Part shown: piece after piece, positions 44,201 to 50,200 of the stretch
Layout of the letters: every line of letters begins with the position of its first letter
How positions within the stretch are numbered: the stretch's first letter is position 1
Source: an uncultured Verrucomicrobiota bacterium
Lineage (GTDB): Bacteria; Verrucomicrobiota; Verrucomicrobiia; Limisphaerales; AAA164-E04
Direction of reading: 5' to 3'
NCBI GenBank assembly: GCA_964342405.1
Contig: CAYFGX010000013.1
Coordinates: 87,098-151,097, forward strand
Length of the DNA: 64,000 nt
Program-made: the position numbers and the translations under genes
The notes under the pieces: generated by a model
Seen by the model: only the letters and a program-made list of their open reading frames with translations
Database searches by the model: none
Told to the model about the DNA's origin: nothing

Positions 44201-47200
44201 GCCAGGAGATCTCTGAGAGTGCGAGCCTAGGGGTTCGATTCTCAACCCTGTTCGTGGACGTGGATGTCACGGGGAACGGAGATGGGAGCTCTTGGGAGAA
44301 TGCATTTACGGATCTACAGGCATCCATTGCAACGGCGGCTGCTCTCAATACCGAGGTCGAAATCTGGGTTGCTGAGGGGACTTACTATCCGGCTGGAATC
44401 AATTCCGGTAACCGGGATGCAAGTTTCATGATGTATCCGAATGTCTCTCTACTCGGAGGTTTTTCTGGTGCTGAAGAAGCGGCCTCTGAACGAGATTGGG
44501 AGAGGAATCTGAGCATCCTCAGCGGAGACATCGGAGTGGCCAATGACAACACGGACAATAGCAAGCACGTGGTGTTTGCATCGGGGCCAGACATCCAAAA
44601 GACCCTAGGTCCCTCGGCAATTCTGGACGGTTTTATCGTTGAGAAGGGATATGGCCCGGGCGGAAGCGGATTACATGTCGATGGGGCTTCGCCGACGATC
44701 AGAAATGTCGTTTTCCGAGGGCATGTCTCAACGGCCAAAGGGGGGGCGATTTACATAGATCGAGAAGTAGAGGGATTTACTCAAGATTCGAGTCCGTCGT
44801 TCGAATCCTGTCGGTTCGAAAACAACACCGCTCAGTCGGGTGGGGGAGCGGTTTTTGGAATCCATATGGGAAATCAACGGTTTCAAGAATGTGTTTTTGA
44901 GAACAATCGAACCCTTTCAGGCCGAGGGGGAGCAGCTAGTTTTGAGACCAAACCCTTTGTGGCCGCTTCAAATCTGCAGTTTCTCTCTTGTTCCTTTGTT
45001 GGCAACCAATCAACAGGTCCGGGGGGAGCGATGGCAGTGGATCAGGAAGATGGGGAGTTGAATCTCCGGAATTGCTTCTTTGGAGGAAATCGAGCCACGA
45101 GTGGTGCCGGTGGTGCGCTTAGCTTGGGGTTGGAAGGGGGGAGCACTAACGAAAGCTTCGTAGTTGGCTGTACCTTTCTTGCGAATCGGGCGAGGTGGGG
45201 AGGAGGGGCAATCTCGAATAGGGTTCGCAATTTCGAGATGCACAATTCGATCATTTGGAATAACCGAGACACTTCCGGGACTGGTGGGAACCGTGCATTG
45301 GATGTTTCGAGTGATCAATCGATCATTCGGCAACAGGTGACCATCAAGTCTTCCTCGCTCGAGAACTATGCGGGGATCAAGGGCTTGATTGAGGAGCGCT
45401 TGGACCCCTATACGCCGACCTCGTTCACCAAGTTTGTTGCGATTGGCAATCTCTCGGTGGATCCACTTTTTGTTCAGATGGGTGATCCTGACGTGGCGCC
45501 GTCAGTTTCCGTGTCGCCAGAGATTAACTGGTGCTCTCCAGTGATTGATCGAGGCTTCACTACGGAGCTCGTCGGGAGTGATCGAGACGTGACTGGCAAT
45601 AGCCGAAGATTTAGACGGGGGGCTCCGGATATAGGTGCCTATGAGCTTCAGGAAGAGCGGATTCCATCAATCTCGATCGTGAGTCATCCTGAAGACGCCT
45701 ATTCATCGCCCAGTGGGACAGCTGTGTTCAGTGTTATTGCGAGAGGAAGCTTCGATTCGTACCTTTGGCAGCAGGATCTTGGTGACGGTGCGGGCTGGAT
45801 GGGTCTGCAGGAGTCAGCTACGTATCAGAATGTTGGCACGGATACTCTGACTATTGTAGGACCGGCCTTGCTACTGGATCAGAGCAGCTATCGGTGCGTG
45901 GTATCAAGTGCCGTTGGATGTGCTCCCATCTCGAGCAATGGGGCGGATCTCTTCGTCGATTCGACGCCCCCTTCGATCACGGGAATGCCGGATACCATTT
46001 ACCTCTATCCTGCCAGTGGTGATCGAAGTGCTGAAGCCACTTGGACAGAACCCGTTGCCAGCGACAACTATGCGGTTGCCACTCTGGTTCACGATGGTCC
46101 CCAGGATCGAGTCTTTGCGGAAGGAACGACCACCGTGACGTATACGGCAACTGACTTGGCCGGGAATGTCAGAACCGCAAAGTTTGATGTCATTGTGACG
46201 CCCCTGATCGCCGCCATTCTTCCTTCCCCAAAGCCAGGCGGAGCCGTCGATCAGAATTCGGAGTTCGTGTCGATTGAGTTCGATCAATCCATAGCCGGAA
46301 GCAGTCTCGGTGATCAATCGGTATTCGTCTATGGCTCCCAGTCCGGTCGGTCCAGCATCGGGAATGGCGGGTTGGACTCGCTGGAGGCGAATGGAGCTGC
46401 GATCAGGATTCAGGATCTCGAGTCCTTTTACCCGGGAGAGTCGGTTCAGGTCACCTTTACAGACAAGGTGATGTCAACTCGGACGCATGCCATGGAACCT
46501 TATATCTGGTCCTTCCAAATGGCCAATCGAAGCAGCGATGGCGGGTTCGATCTCGATCTTGAATCGATCATGCCAAACGCTGATCTGATCCCGAAACTTG
46601 GCGATCTCGACGAGGACGGGGATTTGGACCTGTGGCTGGCAGATCCGATGGGTGGGAGTCGTTGGATGAGGAATGATGGTTCTGGTGTTTTTGCTGATGC
46701 GGGACAGTCAATGGGGAGCGCAAAAGTGAATTCTGTTGAGCTCCTCGATTTAGATGGCGATGGCGATCTTGACGGGGTGGTTCTAACGGAGGTCGGTCTT
46801 GCGATTGAATGTTGGATGAATGATGGGAATGGCGTTTTCACCTCGCGAGTGAACTCGGTCGGGACCGGAGATGTCAGGGATCTTGCCGTAGGCGACTTCA
46901 ATGGAGACGGGGTTCTCGATCTCTTCGCTGCCCATCATGATGCTCCAAGCGAGTATTGGAAGAATGATGGGACAGGATTCTTCTCTGTTGAGTGGTCGAC
47001 ACCCGGTAGTGAACGAGCATCAGGGATTGAGGCGGGGGATCTTGATCTCGATGGTGACCTTGATGTGATATTAACCCGCGTTGACTCGCTAGGCGCCAGC
47101 CAGTCCGACCAGGTTTATCTAAATCGGATGCGGGGAAGTTTCCTCGGACCTTTCGATCTTACTGTCAGCGAAGCGGATATTACGCAGCTCGGGGCGACCA

Positions 47201-50200
47201 TTGATTCAATTGATTCGCCACGAGACGGAGATTTCTCTGTTTCGAGAATGATTGATGGGAATACGGGAACAGATACGTGGTATGAAGATTTCAATAACGA
47301 GCCTCAGAACGCACTGCTGAATATTTCGTTTGATTCGGCCTACTATCTCAGTCGCTACGCCATTACCTCGACGATCCATAGTTGGGCTCCTGCGAGCTGG
47401 CGGGTTTGGAATTTTCAAGATGGCGTTCGCACCGATATCGATGAGCGGTCCGGTCAGTCATTTCGCAATATGGCTACAATCGCGAATGGCGTTCCACCGC
47501 TGAACCCTGTGGACCACGTTTGGCTGTCTCTCTTTGGTCAGTCATTCGCTCGCTACCTGATGATTTCTGAAATTCAATTCTATGGACGTGCGTTGCCTGT
47601 GGCTGAATTGACGAGTCGCCGAATTCTCTTGGCTGATATTGATAACGATTCAGACCTTGATCTGATTAGTGGCAATCCAAGTAGTACCGAGACTCGAGTC
47701 TATCTCAATGACGGGAGTGTCGGGCGAGATCGAGTTCCTCAGTTCTCTCATGGACGGGTTCTCTTTAAGGGGGGGTTGGAGGCTGGATCCTATTTCGGTG
47801 ACTTCGACGGAAATCAATTGCGCGATGTGTTTGCCCTCACAACTGCCCCGAGTGGAGGTTTGGAGTCCCATGTGCTGCGAAATGAAGGTGGCGGAACCTT
47901 TTCGGTTCATCAGACAATTGTGGGTGGAAAGCGATTGGCTCTCGGGGACATCGAAGGCGATGGCGACCTTGATGCGGTGATGGTTGTCGAGCCGGGCTTA
48001 GACGGAGGCGCTTCTGCTGCCGAGTTGATCGCCAGTCGTTACTCCCAGCTTCCTATCGCTTCGGGAACGAAAATTGAAATACTGGAAGATCACAGTTTTT
48101 CGTTCACTCGGACCTTCTTTGAAGACCGTGTCAGCGATGACGGAGCGTTTTCAGGGATCAAGATTGTCGCTCTGCCGGCAAATGGCTCTCTCAAGCTTGG
48201 GAGCGCGACGATTGCTGTGGGACAACTTCTCGATCCAGACCAGCTATCCGAGTTCGTTTACGTTCCGCAACGGGGATTCAGCGGCAAGAACTGGTTCGAG
48301 TGGCAAGCCCGGGATCGATCGGACCAGCTATTTAGTGCCTCTGGCAGGGTTCAGATTAAAGTGATACCGGTCAATGATCGTCCAATCATGAGTTCGATCT
48401 CGGATAGAACCTTCGATATTGCGAAAGCGAATCCTTGGGTACGATATTTTGATCCTAGTCCCGGCGATTCAGACCAAGAATGGTTTATGGAGTTGAGCCA
48501 TGATAATCCTCAGTTGATCCGCTCTGTGACCCGGGATGTGAGTGCGAACGATCGAATCAATCGACGTGGAAAAATTCGATTTGATTTTGTCGAAGGGCAA
48601 ATTGGATCGGCCCTTGTGACGGTTGTTGTCACGGATGATGGAGGCACCGCCCATGGAGGCATCGATCGATTTGTGACCACGTTTACGGTGACCGTTCGAG
48701 ATACGGTGAATCCTGCGATTGCCAATATGCCTGCGGACATTTCCGTCGTCGTTGGTGCGGGATCACGTCTCGTCCCGGTCACTTGGGATCCGCCAACACT
48801 CAATGTAAATTCAGGTCTCACGAACCTGAGCTCTAGTCATTCATCGGGAGATCTGTTCCCCATCGGTGCTACTCCTGTTGTCTATACCGCCAGCGATGGT
48901 TCAGGTAATGAAGAGACGGCAACCTTTACCGTGACCGTGCTGGATCAAGAGTCGCCGATGGTGGTTAACCCGATCTCTTCTTTTGACGTGCCTCTTCCAA
49001 TCGGAGACGTGACGGCGCAGGTCTACTGGGCGCCTCCTGTGTTCGCTGATAATGATCGAATCAAATTGCAAGGAAGCACGCACGTGCCCGGTGACGTTTT
49101 TCCGGCTGGTGATACGGCCGTTCAATACTGGGCAGAGGATCCTTCGGGGAATCGGTTAAGTTCTGAGTTTGTTGTGTCGGTGGTCGACCGAGAGCTTCCC
49201 GTCCTCAGTGGGGTCCCTTCGGATAGGACTCAGGAGACCGATCCGGGTCTTGCTTCTGCGACGGTGACTTGGTTGCCGCCTGTGGCCTCTGACAATTCGG
49301 GGTCCGTTCAGCTCAGTGCAAGTCACTCGCCCGGAGAAATGTTCGCGGTGGGGGAAACGGTTGTGACTTATGCTGCGGTTGATGGAGCGGGAAACCGGAC
49401 GGACGGGGACTTTACGGTTCGGGTTGTGGATCGTGAAGCGCCGAGTTATGCAACGTTTCCCGCAGATATTGATGTCGCAACGGATGCTGGGCTTGCAACA
49501 GCGACGGTGACCTGGGTGGCTCCTGTTGCTTCGGACAATGTTGGGGTTGTCACATCGACCGCGACCCAGCAGCCTGGTGCCAAATTTCCTCTTGGACGAA
49601 ACGTCGTGGTCTATTCCGCAAGGGATGCGGCCGACAATGTCGTCACTCGTTCGCTCGTCATTTCGGTGTTGGATCAGGAACGACCAAGTATCTCCGGTCT
49701 CCCTGCGGATATCTCGATCCCGGTCTCGGCCGGGGCCGAAGGGATGAGTATCGATTGGGTAGAACCTACTGCGAGCGACAATGTTGCGGTAGCGTCCTTC
49801 ACCAGTTCTCATCAGCCTGGGGCGCTCTTTCCGATTGGGTTGACAACAGTGACCTATACGGCCAAGGACTCCGCGGGAAACGAACTGAGTCGTTCCTTCA
49901 AGGTGCAAGTGACGGATGACGAGGCGCCATCTTTTGTAGGGAGCCTCGAGACCGTTGAAGTACCGACGGATCCCGGGCTTGCGAGCGCTCGTGTCACTTG
50001 GGATGCGCCCCTCGTCCACGATAATGGGGAGAGAGTCGCTTTGAGTTATAGCCGAGCCCCGGGATCGATCTTCCCGTTGGGAACGACGACGGTCAATGTG
50101 ACCGCGACTGATATTTCGGGCAATCAAGCGTCCGACAGTTTTGATGTTGTGGTTGTCGACGAGGAAAGTCCTGTGTTCGAGAGTGTTCCCGCTGATATCA

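Noticed and set aside
49156-50127. 323-aa Arg/His-rich ORF on the minus strand, plus many other 60-220-aa antisense ORFs (e.g. 30766..31287, 50680..51201, 51205..51873) inside the giant gene
   Set aside because: They lie entirely within and antisense to a long, domain-rich, high-confidence ORF. They have low-complexity Arg/Pro/Ser composition typical of antisense frames in GC-rich, GAT/GGC-rich repeats, and no recognisable domains.
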